A DNA stretch of 64,000 bases from NCBI GenBank assembly GCA_012295275.1, contig CM022673.1:4154001-4218000 (forward strand). The letters run 5' to 3'. The DNA is from Chrysomallon squamiferum. Taxonomy: Eukaryota; Animalia; Mollusca. Below are positions 38,526 through 53,200 of this stretch, one piece after another. The translations under genes and the position numbers were made by a program. Under the pieces are notes generated by a model that saw only the letters and a list, made by a program, of their open reading frames with translations, was not told the origin of the DNA and searched no databases. The stretch's first letter is position 1, and every line of letters starts with the position of its first letter.

Positions 38526-39170
38526 CTGAAATTAAACTTTATGCATTTTTGATTCTTTTAGTATATTAACAACTCGAAATGTGTGACACTATCCACTTAT
38601 TATTTATTTATTTATTTATTTATTTTTTGTTTTTGCCAAAAGCGGCGTCAGTGTGTTAGCTGAAGAGAAAAGATGTTATAGTAGCTGTGACCCTCCAGAA
38701 ACAGCCATTCACGGGAACCAGTATCGAGAAGCGATCCCAGCTTCTTCTGATTTTAAGTTCTCATTTTTGCGTGACGGCACTGATAAATTAACGTGTTGTT
38801 AGTATGTTAGAGGGTTAGATACAAAGTAAATTACACCTCAACAAGATAGCTTTTGATGAAAGCCAGAGGTAACACGAGAGAAGCGAGGTGTGGTCCCCAT
38901 TTGTCTGTGTTATAAGTCTCACTGTATCTGCATGACAACTTTTATAGAATTGCGTTGACGTTTTGTTAAGACAATTTCCTATCCAAGATAATGTTCACAG
39001 TCATTGTTAAATACGCCCGCTGTTTTGTTGTTCATTAAGATCAAGGCAGGGTTCGCCTGGTCCTCACAATGTTTGCTTAATAAACTACAAGCTTTCTAAT
39101 ATTTTTCAGTGAAATAAATTATAGATGTGTTTAAGTGATGGACGTAGATATTCAAACAGAACCAGTTTAG

Positions 39171-39205
<35 letters not shown>

Positions 39206-39428
39206 AGAAATATTAATAATAATAATTTTTATAAAAACCCAGACACGATTATAGGCAAGATATGAATTAAAAAAAGGAATAAATAAAATTCTTAAAGCTA
39301 ACATATTTAGATGAATTCAAGTGTAAAACACAAATAATAGGAGAAAGAAAGAAAATAATCAAAAGAGAAAATGTGAGAGACTACAAAGATACGGAGACAG
39401 AGATTGAAAGACAGATACAGACATAGAT

Positions 39429-39524
<96 letters not shown>

Positions 39525-40420
39525 AAACAGCAAAAATAGCAGACTGGTAATTTACAGAGGACAGCCGCGGCCTAAAGTAAAAAGAAGAACATAAAAACCA
39601 TCATATGACACATTTTTTAATATTTGGTCACTAAAGTGCGACAGACTGCGCCGAATGGATCAGCATACCAATCGCAAAACCGAGAGCGCCTCGGGTCCTA
39701 AGCACCTAGGTTCATTTTCAATGATCATTCAAGCAACTCTCCGAAATATTTCGTTAAAAAGATAGGCATTTAACCATCAGAACTCTTTAAAATTCAACGC
39801 ATAACAGTCCACTTCTATTTCGTTCTTCGTCTCAGTCTTTAATTTCTCTTTTCATTCAAATCGATATGAGGTATCTAAGCCTCAACAAAACGGGGTTATC
39901 ATAGTTAATCGCTAAGCATTCCCAGAAGACAGGAACATATGACGCCATAGTTATTGTTCGATTCATAATTAACGAAGGATCTTGTCCTACTCGGAAGGTG
40001 AACGAAGAATGCTCGAGAGTCAAAGAAATTAAATTGTTAAATGCTGGTGTGAAACGATAGAGAATTATTAAGTCATGGAACCAAATAGATAGTAAAAGAG
40101 CTAGATGCGCGGTTCCGTGCCAAATCTTCCTCAGGGGATTGGAGAGCTCAGAGGATCAGACGCGAGGTTATTTCCCTTTTCACTCGTGTCTGTTTATTTT
40201 AAAAGTCTTGGCATGTTTTCTGTTCTGTACAGGGAATTAAAAAATTATATATTTTAATGTTAATTTGTAACAGAACGTATCGAGATGCCAAAACCACTGA
40301 ACAAATTTTAGTTAATGTCTTCCTTTCATTCCTTTTTGGATCTACATTTTAAGCTGTTGACTGTTTTGACACTTTGATAAGAAAAGAAGGACAAATGTTC
40401 TCGTTTACAACAAATACATT

Positions 40421-40458
<38 letters not shown>

Positions 40459-41423
40459 AAACTGATAATCCATTAGACAAACTCCGAAAAGGTTTGGAAA
40501 AGCCTTCTTTTTTCCCCCCCCTACCTTATGCACAGGTATATTTGGTTTAATCTATATGTTACAAGATTTATTGAATAAAACCTTCAGACTATTTAGGCTC
40601 CAGGTAAAGAATTTCGCGTAAGAGATATTTTATCTGTACTCTGCCAAAACTATTATAAACTCCGCTTTTGATCATACTTATTCATAAATATTACTGATAC
40701 CATTTCTGTAGTTTTGAACATCAATAAATACGTCACAAATAAGCACTGTAGCATTAATAAGTTAGAATTCAATTTAGATTGACTTTATGCACGATCTTAC
40801 AGTTAGAAAAGAACAGAAAATCCTGTACAAACAGATAAACATTTCTTCTAACTATGGTTTAAAGAATACTACGTTCTTTTGGAAAATGCAAACAAAATTA
40901 CGTTTTGTGATAAAAGTGAGAAAAGTAATAATTGTGAAAAACATGAAAATAAAGGACGATAGAGAACTAGGTAAAAAAAAAAAAAAAAAAAAAAATAAAA
41001 AAAAATTATAGAAACGAAAAGATTAAAAAGAAAAAATAAGAAGGTAAAACGTAAAAGAAAAAGATATTAAGTATTAAGAACGAAAATTAATAATAAACAA
41101 TCTACTATTGATGACTTATGAGCACATTCATAAGAACACCATTATTACTTGTTTTTTTTTATTTCACACAGTGTCATATGAAGTATTAACTAATGAACTG
41201 TTGTACTATATCACATTTACAGATGTATAATAATACTGCTTATTTTACAGTTCATCGCATTTTATGACTTCATCGTAAGTGCCACTGAGGTTAATAGCAA
41301 AGCTAGTGTCCTGAAATGTATATGTGAAAAAGATTACCAGCAGACTGACAGTGTATATGGACACATTAGCCAGAACATTTACCTGTATTAATGGCAGGTG
41401 TTGCTAATGTGATTTATTGTCCG

Positions 41424-41433
41424 ATGACGTCAT
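41424..41433. promoter_or_regulatory. Extended CRE palindrome ATGACGTCAT
   Basis: 10-bp perfect palindrome, followed immediately by tacgta. Motif only. Confidence 0.35.
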
Positions 41434-42980
41434 TACGTACGGCTAGTGTTAAATTCAAACGCCATTAATTCTGCACATTAATTGCCTTGTTGGTAGTAAA
41501 GCAATCTGACGGGTGAAATATGTGAAAATCGCTCATTGATGAGAGATTCTCGTATCATAATACACGAAAGGTACAGGGATCGAAACTTCAAAGGGTATAC
41601 GTCTTGTTAAATCTGCAGCATTCCTTTGTACATATCGTTACTAAATCTTTACTACTAGGTGTTCTTTTTTTCTCTCTCTCTTTTTTTTTTTTTTTGCTTC
41701 TTCTTCTTCTTGTGAAGTAAATAAATAAATAGATAACTAAGCAAACAAACAAATAAACAAATAAATATGAGAGAAGAATTACGAGACTGGTGCTTACTAT
41801 GATGATTAATGACGATGATGAAGATAACAACGATAATAATATTAATAATAATAATACTAATACTAAGAAGAAGAAGAAGAAGAAGAACAACAACAACAAC
41901 AACAAGAAAGAGAACTAACTATCAGATACATCCTGTGGTTATCAACGGGAAGCAGTCTATAATTATTGCTGCTATTAATCCTAGACAGAGGGTCGTAATG
42001 AAACACAAGATTTTCTAAATGCCATTACTGTAATTTTTAAAATAAAAAGTAAGTCGGCGTCTTTTGGCACTTTATTCCTTCTAATGTCATTCAATTTATT
42101 TAACCCTAACGTAATTTAAACAGGTCTTGACATTCAAATAAAACAGAGACCAACTAATAGTACATTGTCACAAAGTCTTAGAGGTTTATTTTAAGAATTT
42201 CTCATCAGTTTTGTACAATTGTGAAATTTATTTTACTTTTACAAGTCTAAATTCGCTTGATATTTGAAAAATAAATGAATGGAAAAAGCACAGATAACTA
42301 TCCACAAAAAATAAATATATATATAAAAAAAAAATAAGTCAAAGAAATAGCAAAGAAAAAGAAAAAAAAGAAAAAGGAGAAAATTGGAAGAGAAAAAAAA
42401 AAAAAAAAGATAATATTAAGAGATCTAAAAGATGAGACTTTTAAAACCTGAAATTGTCCTAAGATAATTGTAACATTCAAAATGATATTTAGAACGTTTT
42501 TTTGTAATTATTTTAGAAATAACCTAATCTACGGATTTGTTGAGGTTAATTTGTATCTTTTGGTAACGAGGAAGTGTTGAAGTTTTCCTTATAAAATTAA
42601 TCGAATAGGAGTTGGTGCAGAACTGGGGTTTTTTTTTTTTTTTTTTATTCGTCTAAAGGTGTATTCGTCTTAACCGAATCATTGGGAGGGGGGTAGTTTT
42701 TTTTTGGGGGTATTCTAATTTCACATTCTTAGCTTGATTACTCATATTTAAAAACTAAATAAATAAAAGAGAATTAAATAAATGAAGTTGATTTTCAAAA
42801 AATAGTTTGCCAGATACAGAGGTTAAGAAAAAGACAGAAGGAAGGCAGAGTGAAAGAAGAAAGAAAGAATGAAAGAAAGAAAGAAAGAAAGCAAGAAAGA
42901 AAGAAAGAAAGAAAAGAGAATGAAAATATGAAAATACAGTTTATGTCAGATTTGTACTTTTTCCTCTGTATTGTCGCATG

Positions 42981-43666
42981 TGACGTAAAGAGATGTTATG
43001 CAAGGCAACTCACATATTGCAAATGGTTAACATTTTACAAATTTTTGATGTCGTGTATTTTTGCAAAAACATTTAATGATTTCTTGGAATTGGTACGTTT
43101 CCAAACAGAACAGAGATAAATTCATAATTTATCTTGTAAAAGTTTTATTCTTGTTGTTTTTTTGTTGTTGTTTTTTTAATGAAATAATCATAAATTTATT
43201 TATAAGTTTTTTTTATTGAATCAGTCTGTCAGAGACTCCAGCTTTTGATTTCCATGCAATTTAAACGCGTACCTTTGACTTTCTGAAGTACGAAGTTAAA
43301 AATGTCAGTATTTCACACCAAGACAATCATTTCCTGGTTTAAGATCTTAGAACATCTGTTTATTTGACATTAAGTACAAACAGCAGCAGCTTTTAATCGA
43401 GTCATCTTACACAGTGATTTAATACATATATTTTTTTTTTAAAAAGCTCTAACTTCCGTGCTTTTCAACTCTGCAACTTTGATGTTTACAAGAAAAAAAC
43501 AAATTTTAAAAAAATTGACGTAAAGATGTTAACTGAGCCAAGTCACATATTTGCCAATGGTTAATATTTTACAAATTTGAGGCTTTCGTGCATCTTAGCA
43601 CAATCATTTATAGATTCCTTAGAGTCAATACATTCCCAGACAGAGAAGAGATGGAATATAATTTAT
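42981..43666 (+). repeat. Diverged direct duplication of about 150 bp (42981-43132 and 43516-43666)
   Basis: Both copies read tgacgtaaag, cacatatt(t)gc.aatggttaa.attttacaaattt, tcgtg.at, cattta, then acaga..agagat and ataatttat. Confidence 0.8.
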
Positions 43667-44014
43667 TAAGCGGACAGATAGCGTTACATAAACATGCAAA
43701 TTAGCCTTGTTACAGCGGTCTTGTCTGCGAGATCGCGACAAGATGACCGGCATTGACGGCAAAACCCAAGACGTAATTCCACATCTGAGATGTTTTTATG
43801 TAAGGTAATTAGATCAGCGCTGATGAAATGAATACGGAAATAGTGTTATTGCTCTTTCATTGCTGCCATCACAAATATTGTTTTGTAGAATTGGTTTCTT
43901 TCGTGATACGTTCTGAGATCTTACGTAAAAAAAAAAGAAAAAAAGTTCTGATTGGGATGAATGTTTTACGAATCGGAGTGTTAGGATTTAGCTTTGACGC
44001 ACAGAGAGAGAGAG

Positions 44015-44099
<85 letters not shown>

Positions 44100-47048
44100 T
44101 GTATGAGTTACAGCAAGAGAGAGACCAACAGAAACAAAGGTATAAAGATATTGCATACGTGTGTTTGTATATCTGTGAGTGAGAGACAGAGAGAGGCAGA
44201 AACTCTAGAATCTTTAAAATATCAAACAGAATGACCTGTTACTGTTGACGGAGTTTTATTCCGCCAAAATAAAAAAAATGACACCTTAATTGTTTTTAAA
44301 TTTGACAAAAAGAGGTAACGAAATTTCGTCTCCAATAAACTGGAATGTCCATCATTAATAAATAAACATTGCTCAGTGTTTTAAATGGAGTGGGCGCGTC
44401 ATTAAACCGGACACGAACATCGGGAAGCTGTGTCGTTACGTGCACACTGCGTAAATACTTATAAAGCCTTCCATTACACCTAGGTTATGACACGTATGCT
44501 TCGTTTAATGGAACGAAATCACGGAACCGGTAAAAGGCGACCGGTGGAAACACGTTGCAAGAAGGACTAGCTAATGCAATTATACCAGGCGCTTGTCGTC
44601 TTGATTTTTATTTATCTTTGTTATTATCCTAGATCGGCGTTATCCCGGCAATAAGCGGTAAATTAGAAATAATAATGTGTCCCATGACTCTCCTTCTGTT
44701 CGTCGGCGCATGCGTAACGTAACAGGAAACGACAATAAAGAGAGGTTTTAATATTCACAACAGGTAGTTTCGAATAATGGCTATATGCAAAATTTATCAG
44801 ACTAGAATGATTCGAGATATTTGATTTTGAACTACGTTTCATTTTGTTTTTTGTATTTACAGTAGTTTAAGCCTTACTAAGAGGAAAAAAAAAAAAAAAA
44901 ATTAAATTAAATTAAATAATCACAATAATGTATATACCTGGTTACTCCTAAACTTTGATTTATTTATATCTTGTTAGTTAAAGCAGAGTCGTTAGGACAT
45001 TTTCACCTTATCGATTGGATTATGTAATATCTATCTGTTCCTAATTCAGTATATTCATTCATTGAAAAAAAGAAAGAAACAAAGAAACAAATGAAAACAT
45101 AATAATTTAAGCTTTCGTGCCTTTTTAAATATTTGAAAGCTATGAGAATTAGCAATAGCCCTTCATTAGTGCTAGTTTTCCATGAGCGAGATTTTGAAGT
45201 AAAAACAATCTTCTCTCTTTAACAGAGTGTAATTATGTTTTTAACGACCGTATAGATGTTCCAATAATAAACAGTATTTTGTATTTCGTAATATTAGTAC
45301 TATCGGTTTCAGCGGCAAATATCTGCGATGACAGTGCCGGAATTAATCTAACTTCATTAACGGATTGTTTAAAGAGAAACGCTTTATTGAAAAAGCAAAA
45401 AGAAATCACGATAACAGGTCGGTTGTGACTGATATTATTGGCTCGATTATGTAAAATACTGAAAGTTATTTAATCCTAATTATCGCGTCAAAGTTAAACT
45501 ATCAAGGATAGACATCGTGAAGCTTAGACAGAGGAGCGATAACTAGGCCTTGCTGGATAACTCTGATAATTACATCTTAGCACGATGTCAGCTGATTAAT
45601 TAATGGTATGTAATTATAATATAGACAGCAATAATAATAATAATAACAATAATAATAATAATAAATTTAAAAAATTTTAAAATTTTAGAATAAAAATTAA
45701 ATTAATAAAAATTTAATTTACTTAAATTAATAATAATAATAATAATAATAAGCCAGATAGATAAATAAACGAGCAAATAAATTTCAAGAATCAAAGACGT
45801 TGTCAAGATGACAACTTTAACCTATGAATAGAGCAGAGGGGCGTCACTAAGTTTAGAAAATCCTTTTACGGATGTTTCTGAGCTGTTACGAATTTAACCT
45901 ATTTAATTACAGTGAATTCACAACTTGTATCACAGCATCTGTTACAGATCTGTCATTTGTTTTAAAATCTGTCTTTACGCAACGCAGCTTCAGGAAGTAC
46001 ACTAAAGTTAATGTTTCAAACGCAACGCTCAACGATATAATGATAATAACAACAACAGCAATAATAATAATAATAATAATAATAATGTATTAAAGTAGAA
46101 GAGAGATTTTTTTGTTGTTGTTGTTAGTCGGGAGTTATTTTTTCTTCTGCTTTGTCTGTAAAAATTTCTTTATCTCTTGCAGTTTGAAAATTATATATAT
46201 ATATTTTTTTTCGTTGTTATTTTTGGTATTTCAGTGTGATATCTATCTACCTGATGCAATAAGATGTGGCTATTGCAAATATTAAAATTCAGTAGCTTGT
46301 GCTGGTATTATATAATTATTATAACGCCGACGTAAAATACCTTTTCTTGTTTTTTTTTTTTTATTATTATTATTCTTTGATCAAGTATTAGTTAATAAAC
46401 ATTAGAAACAAGTTTGTAAATGAATATATATATATATATAAAACTAGTATATCTACTTCCAAAGCTTAGGAGTAGCTACCATTTTTTTCATTATTCGAGA
46501 AAGATTCGTACAAATACCTGTATACAAAGTGAACATATATAATACAAATTCCGCGGTTTAGCAACTAACATGTCACTTACGTTGGAAGTTTGAAAGTTTA
46601 CATACTTAATAAAAAATATATATATATATATGTACTGGAATATATATATTAATGTTAAGAAGTAGCAACAAGTTTTCTGTTTTTAGGAAAGTATTTGGCA
46701 CCTGTATGAAGAGTACTTCAGAAATGCTGCAAATACAGACGGTTTGGCGTACTGAAAACACGCCAGTTATTATCAGTTATTTTTCACTGGCTTTCTTAAA
46801 CATTACCTAGACAGTCAAATCCATATCATCAGCAGGATATCCAGAAATTAACAAAATTTATAAAGCTTTAATTTTATTTTAGAACTTCAACGAGTAATGT
46901 GTAACTTTGAAGTTTCCAACTCTGCAGATTTGAAAAGTATCAACTCCGAATCATAATCTCTGATCAGAGCACACCAGACATGGCAAAAACTTAACGGAAA
47001 CAGAATCAGAACAGTTGCTAAAAATATAAATATTGCTATAATTCTTAC

Positions 47049-47185
47049 CTTTTTGCTTGCGAAAAAAATAGGCGAAAAGTTTTCGTTTATCCAGCCAAAA
47101 GTGTTGAATCACACGGCCGCAGTTGTCAAATTATGTATTCGCTGCTACCAGCTTCTTGCTATTGGGTGAAAGCGGATTTGCGACT
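47049..47185 (-). other. Candidate non-coding first exon
   Basis: Starts about 26 nt from the 5' end of the TATA box at an Inr-like gacAgtc, contains no ATG, and ends at the consensus donor AAG|GTAAGA (GT at 47048-47047). Confidence 0.6.
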
Positions 47186-47300
47186 GTCGAGCGGCAGTGG
47201 GTGTTTATATAGAGCGTCCGCCGCATTGGCGAATATCTACCCAAGAAGCGGATCTGATCGATAGGCAGCAGAAAGGAATCGGCCAATCTGACGGTTCCAA
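47186..47300 (-). promoter_or_regulatory. Pol II core promoter (TATA plus two CCAAT boxes)
   Basis: Minus-strand TATATAAA at 47211-47204, CCAAT at about 47229-47225 (minus) and 47283-47287 (plus). It sits in one of the most CpG-rich non-coding patches of the window (about 47110-47470). Confidence 0.6.
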
Positions 47301-48095
47301 ACAAACGGACGAAAGTTCTTTTTCGTAGAGCAGAGCGGACGTTACTGGTAGGACGCTTATACATTCTGAATCGTTCGTGCGTTGGCGTGTAATGCCCGTC
47401 ATCTGATGTGAAGGATCCAGCGGTAATTGTCACAGAGGCGAGGGGAGGGTCTGAATACTTAGCGGAAACCAGGACAATGAGAGAGAGGATTGAGAAAGAC
47501 AGAGAGACGGATAAAAGAAGTTATGTCATCACGAAGTGAAACTGAGCTGAAGAATGCAACAAGAGTCTGAAGACTATTTTTATAAACTGTAGACGTGTTT
47601 ATGTTCTGTTAGTCATGTCCAGGGTTAGGGCGTTACTACTACTACTATAGCTTCTACTATTTCTACTACAAGTATTACTAGAACTGCTGCTACTGTTGCT
47701 GTTAATACTAGTATTCCAACTATTAGTAATACCACTACTGCTGTTACTGCTTCTACTACCGCGTCAACTGCTGCCACTGTTATTACTATTATTACTACTA
47801 CTGCTGCTGCTGATGCTGTTAGTACTATTGCTACTGCTATTACTACCACTATAACAGTTACTATTACTATTACCACAATTACAACTGGACTGAAGCAACT
47901 ATATATGTACTACTACTTTGTTCATAGTTTTATCATCCATTATCGTTGTCATACAAAAATTACTATCATCATTAATGATTTTATTTGTTTAGTTTATTCT
48001 GTTGCTAATTCGGTAGTGGTGATGATGATAAAGATAATGGTGATGCTACAACTAACTAATTGTAATTGTTATACTACTAGTGTTACTACTACTGG

Positions 48096-48142
<47 letters not shown>

Positions 48143-48834
48143 ATAATAATAATAATGGAATGGCAGTAGCAGTCTTAGTAGGAGTATCTGCGGCAGTATT
48201 AGAAATTGTAGTGATAGTAGCATTAATGTTAGTTGTATGGGTGGTAGTAGTAGAATTAGTAGTTGTAGTTAAAGGGGTAGCAGTAACACTAGCTTCAGCA
48301 GCTGTATCAGTAGCAGTATGAATCAATACCCCGGTTTAGTAACGGTGTGTAACAGGATGAGAGCAGTGGGCTGAGGAGAAGTAAACACCAAAAGAAACAG
48401 TTTCATTCTTTGTTTTCTACGCTGTCAACTGGCAGTTTAATCTCGTCTGTAATTTTTTTTTTTTTTTTTTTTTTTTTAACTTTATTCCGCTTCATGTGGG
48501 TTTTTTTTTGGGGGGGGGTTGTTTTTGTTTTGGGGGGGAGTTAGTGAATTTATTTCATCGCCTTCAGACATTTAAAGAACAATCCATAAACAAAAATATC
48601 ACATTGCATTAAATCTTTTCTCAATCTAATAATACTGGTGTGAGACCAAACTACTCTCTAATGGCCGTCAAATGGGGCTGAACATTTTCACTTAATAATG
48701 GCGGCTGTATTAACAAAGCGGCTATAGATTTAGGTTTCTTTGTTGTTTGTTTTTGTCTGATTTTTTTTCCTCTATTTTTGTTTTGTTTTGTTGTTTTTTT
48801 TCTTTTTTGCTTGTTTGTTCTTGATGATGTTTTC

Positions 48835-48886
<52 letters not shown>

Positions 48887-49114
48887 GAACTGGTGATCGA
48901 TTTTTATCAGTATCTGTAATTTTCTTGGCAATAAAAATGTTTCTCATTTACTTTCCTCCATTTTGAAGTGAGATCGAGCAGGCGATCTGAATTCGTGCAT
49001 GTTTGCTTCAACAGCTTCATCTTACGACTCTTTGTTTATTTATATAAGCTTTGTTAGTATCCAGACGACTTAGGACAACGACGTTCTAATCAAAGCTGTC
49101 ACCGACGATCGACG

Positions 49115-49440
49115 TCGGATTGGTGCTTAGAACATTAATCTGCACGGTGCGATATACCGCAGGTTCGATCCCTCTTGAACGACTGTTACACCTTTTCTCT
49201 TTCCAACCAGTATTATAAGCCTGATACACCAAACTCTGTGGAATATCCTGTAATTACTATTGATTAGATGCAAGTAAAAAAATTTAATCCCTTGCAGGTA
49301 AATCCATGACAGTAGCCTTTGGAGTTACATATCGGGTTTCTTTTCTTACGCAATTAAATAAGAAGCATATAATTAAAATCTGATACTCGTAATATTAAAA
49401 TTTAGTGTTAAGTTTTCTCTAAATAAATATTTCTTTCGTT
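49115..49440 (+). mobile_element. Decayed near-full-length tRNA-derived SINE (Meta-domain-like)
   Basis: B-box-like ggttcgatccc at about 49162, then ttccaaccagta, atcccttgc, agtagcc, cgggtttct and taaataaatatttc. Colinear with the other copies. Confidence 0.65.
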
Positions 49441-50201
49441 ATTGATTCCTTCCAGATGACTTTATTCCTGCGTAACGTTATGAAAATATTTTAATGTTGT
49501 TATCAATCGTCATGATTACAAATCAGATACAAAACGACACTTACATAAATAAATAAGTAAGTAAGTGAGTACGAAAAGCTGTTTGATGATCCGCTTCTCA
49601 CGACAGAAGGTTCACAGATGAGACGCGAGTGTAAAGTGATTAACTTTAACCGTACAAAACACCACAGCTTCTGAACTGATTGCTCACTGAAGACAGCGGG
49701 TTTCCAATCTGTATTCCAATAACGGTTCTTAACGGTAACAGTTTTTCATCCATGCAGTCAACGCTGAGTAACCTTGCCATTCTGAGCTGACCATCGCGTC
49801 AGTGATAAAATGTTTCCCGTTAAGCAAATTGTTTCTGTTCCCTCGTTAACACACTTATTTGACGATATTGCAGATCGTTTGATATTTAGTTCAAATAATT
49901 TTACCTAATTTGATTTTTCCCTCTTTCTTTCGATCCTTGTTTCTATTCTTTTTTCTTTTTTCCTTCCATCCTCATTCGTCTTTTCTACGACTTCTACTTC
50001 TTTTTTCCTTATTCCATTTATTCCTTGTTCCATAAATTATTTATTTTTCTTCCCCTCTTTCTTTCAGGAGTAGGCTATATCCGATTGTTTAGTTTGCAGA
50101 AACCAGGCACAACAGATATTGGGATCCATATTGTCTCGTTCTCGATTAATTTTTTTTATAATTTTTTTATTTATTTATTTTATTTTATTTTTATTTTATT
50201 T

Positions 50202-50241
<40 letters not shown>

Positions 50242-53200
50242 TTTTTTTTTTTTGCTTTTCCCCTTTTTACCCAAATAATATAATATTCTAAATTCTTTCT
50301 CTCTTTCTTTCTTTCTCTTTACTTGTTTGGTTTGGCTTGGTTTGTTTCATTTTTTTATATCTTTTTTTTCTTCTTTTTCTAAAAGCTCTGTTTTGTGTAT
50401 ATAATATTAAATATATCTTGCTGCTAAGTGGTAAGAAAAACACACGAAAAGACAGCAAAGGGTTTCTACTCTCAGATTAAATCGTTGTTCAAGAATCACT
50501 TACATTTAACAAATATTAATAAAACGTGTCGATATATTAACAGAAAGACTGACAGACAGAAGGACACACAGATTCGCAGACAGATTTACAGACAGTTAGA
50601 AATGCAAGTAGGTTGTTAGGTATAATGATATATATGCAGACATATAATGAGAGGTAATTTGCATTTGCATACCAGAATTTTTTTTTTTTTGCTCCCTTTG
50701 ATATTAACATCCTTAAAATTACGTTTCCTAATAAAACAGCTGGTAATTAAATATTTAACAAGCATGCTGTATGAAACAACAGATGTTAGGTTCAGCGAGC
50801 AAGCTGTAATTGTATTATGGAACGAAACATGACGATTTATACAGAATAGTCTCAACATTACAATGTGAACATAATTATAATTAACACGTGACATTTTCAT
50901 TAGAGATTTTCTGAGTTAATCATGAAAGTTGATATATACATACGTACATAATATATATATGTTTGTACTGTATACTTACGTACACACATGTATATATATA
51001 ATCACATACAGACACACACCCACATATATTAACAGGTATTACAACTTTTTCACTTTATAATAATTGTGATATCGGAGATGTATTTATTTAAAGAAGGGTA
51101 GATCAGAAAATAAACTCATGATATTTTTGTAATTGTTACGAAGAATACAAAAATGTCAATATCAATTTTCTTTTCCCAAACGTTTGCTCTGTATTTGAAA
51201 TGACTTAAAAAAGAAATGTGTTTGGTTGTTCAGTAACCTATTAATACTCTGCTTCTTTGACTTCACCGAAATATTTTGAAATCAGCATTAACAGTTGTTG
51301 TTGTTGTCGTTTTGAAGACTTCGAATACGAGGCAGATGTATAAGACGAGGATTTTGAATTACTTCCCCTTTCTTAACTTTTTTATGTTATTTATTTATTT
51401 ATTTATTTATTTATTATTATTATTAATTGAAGGTTTTTGTTTCTTTATATATATATATCTTTTTAATTTAAAGTCAGTTATTTGGAATATCGTTATTTTA
51501 TAACAAAACGCTGCTGTTATTACATATTATATTTCTACCGGTCACTGTGTATTGCACCGATGATCAGAGTTTCTGATATCTAACAGTGTAGTACGAAACC
51601 TTCCATGTCTTTATCTTTAGTTTTATTCTTTTATTTAAATTCTTATATTTACATCCACATTCCTTTAAAACGTGATATGAATCGTTACTTATAATCTTTC
51701 TTACAGACAGCGATAAAGACATAGCCCTTGACAAAATCGACAAACACAGATAAACAGAAAGAAAGAGACACAATCAATCAAACAAAGGGATAAATAAAAT
51801 ATTTATTTGTTTTTCTTTCTAAGGAAGAATGTTATCGTCTTTTTGCATAACTATATTCTGTAACATTTCTGTGACGTTTGGGAATTACACTTTTGGTTTC
51901 GCTTTGTTTTCTTTTACCCAAGCTATATGCGTGCAGTGCACGCAGAGTATGACAGTTTCTCAAGAGAGCTTTCAAACATTAGTAAAATAAAAAATTACGT
52001 AGCAGAACACACTGCACAATGCTATCTGGCCCTCCGCCTTAACACCCATGACATAACATAGACACAGAAGTCATAATTATTGTATACACATTTCGAACAG
52101 CAGATATGAATAATTCATAAGCACAGTAATCAGCATTTCTAGTTTAATGAATTATTTCGAAGGTTGGAGGTTTCTGGGTTCGCCTCCCACTTGAGATTTC
52201 ATCTAAGGTCAAAGTGTCTAGTCGTTCGATCCTCCATTTAAAGGACTGAAAAGTGTGAAAGGTTGTCCGGAAGATATAAAAACGTCCGGATTTTTATCGA
52301 TGAGTTTTACAAATAGAACCGATATTAATAATGAAAGAAGAGCACTAAACAGAACTCAGTTTACTTTAAAGTGACAGTTTTTTTTTTTCCCTGATTGGCA
52401 GCTGACTGAGTTTGTTTTGACGTGCTCGTATAGTCGAGCCACTGATAATGCACCAAAAAAATAAATCTAATGTTACGTATCAAGAGAATTCCAAGATAAA
52501 CATACGCACAGAATGAATACAGATGATGTGACCAGAGTTGATAGACTGGTGCACTCGAGCAAACATCTTTCGGATGATTTGCCAACTGCCGGACAGATCC
52601 GAAATTCGGTACATTCGACAATGTTCGTACATTTCCCGTATTTTGTCCGCGTTTTCTGAAATCTGGTAAATAAAGGCCCATTAAACACCACAGGGTCGAG
52701 TGTACTAGTTATGTTATACACATCTAGATTTTTAATGCCTGTTAACTAGGATTTAGCTATGATAACGTTTAGGCTGAAACTTATAAAATGGCTTAAACTG
52801 ATCTAACAAATGATATGAGAGAAAACAAATAGAGTTTTTCAGTGACTACAGTTTTGACATGTTTAATTTTCGGGTATATCGAAATTTACCTCGCTTATTC
52901 GATTATAAAAAGAGTACGCAGGATATACGAGTAGACATGTAGTGTCATTATCAACTATAAATTAAATGAAATTCTGTAGTCAGCACCTTTGTTTTATAAA
53001 GAATATGCAGCTTGATATTTTTCCGATGTGTCGAATTGTACCACCCCGTTCGAAAGATTGGAAAGAAAATCTGTGAAAGGTATTGCATATGAAGTAAGCA
53101 TTTAAAGATGGAAATCTTGTGAACGAGAAGTATTTTTCAAAAGTCTGATATAAAGTAAGTAAATTGTAAAAAGGCATGTAAGAAAATAAATAAATCAATG

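Noticed and set aside
49150-49185. tRNA gene suggested by ggttcgatccc
   Set aside because: No cloverleaf can be formed. It is the B box of a decayed SINE head.
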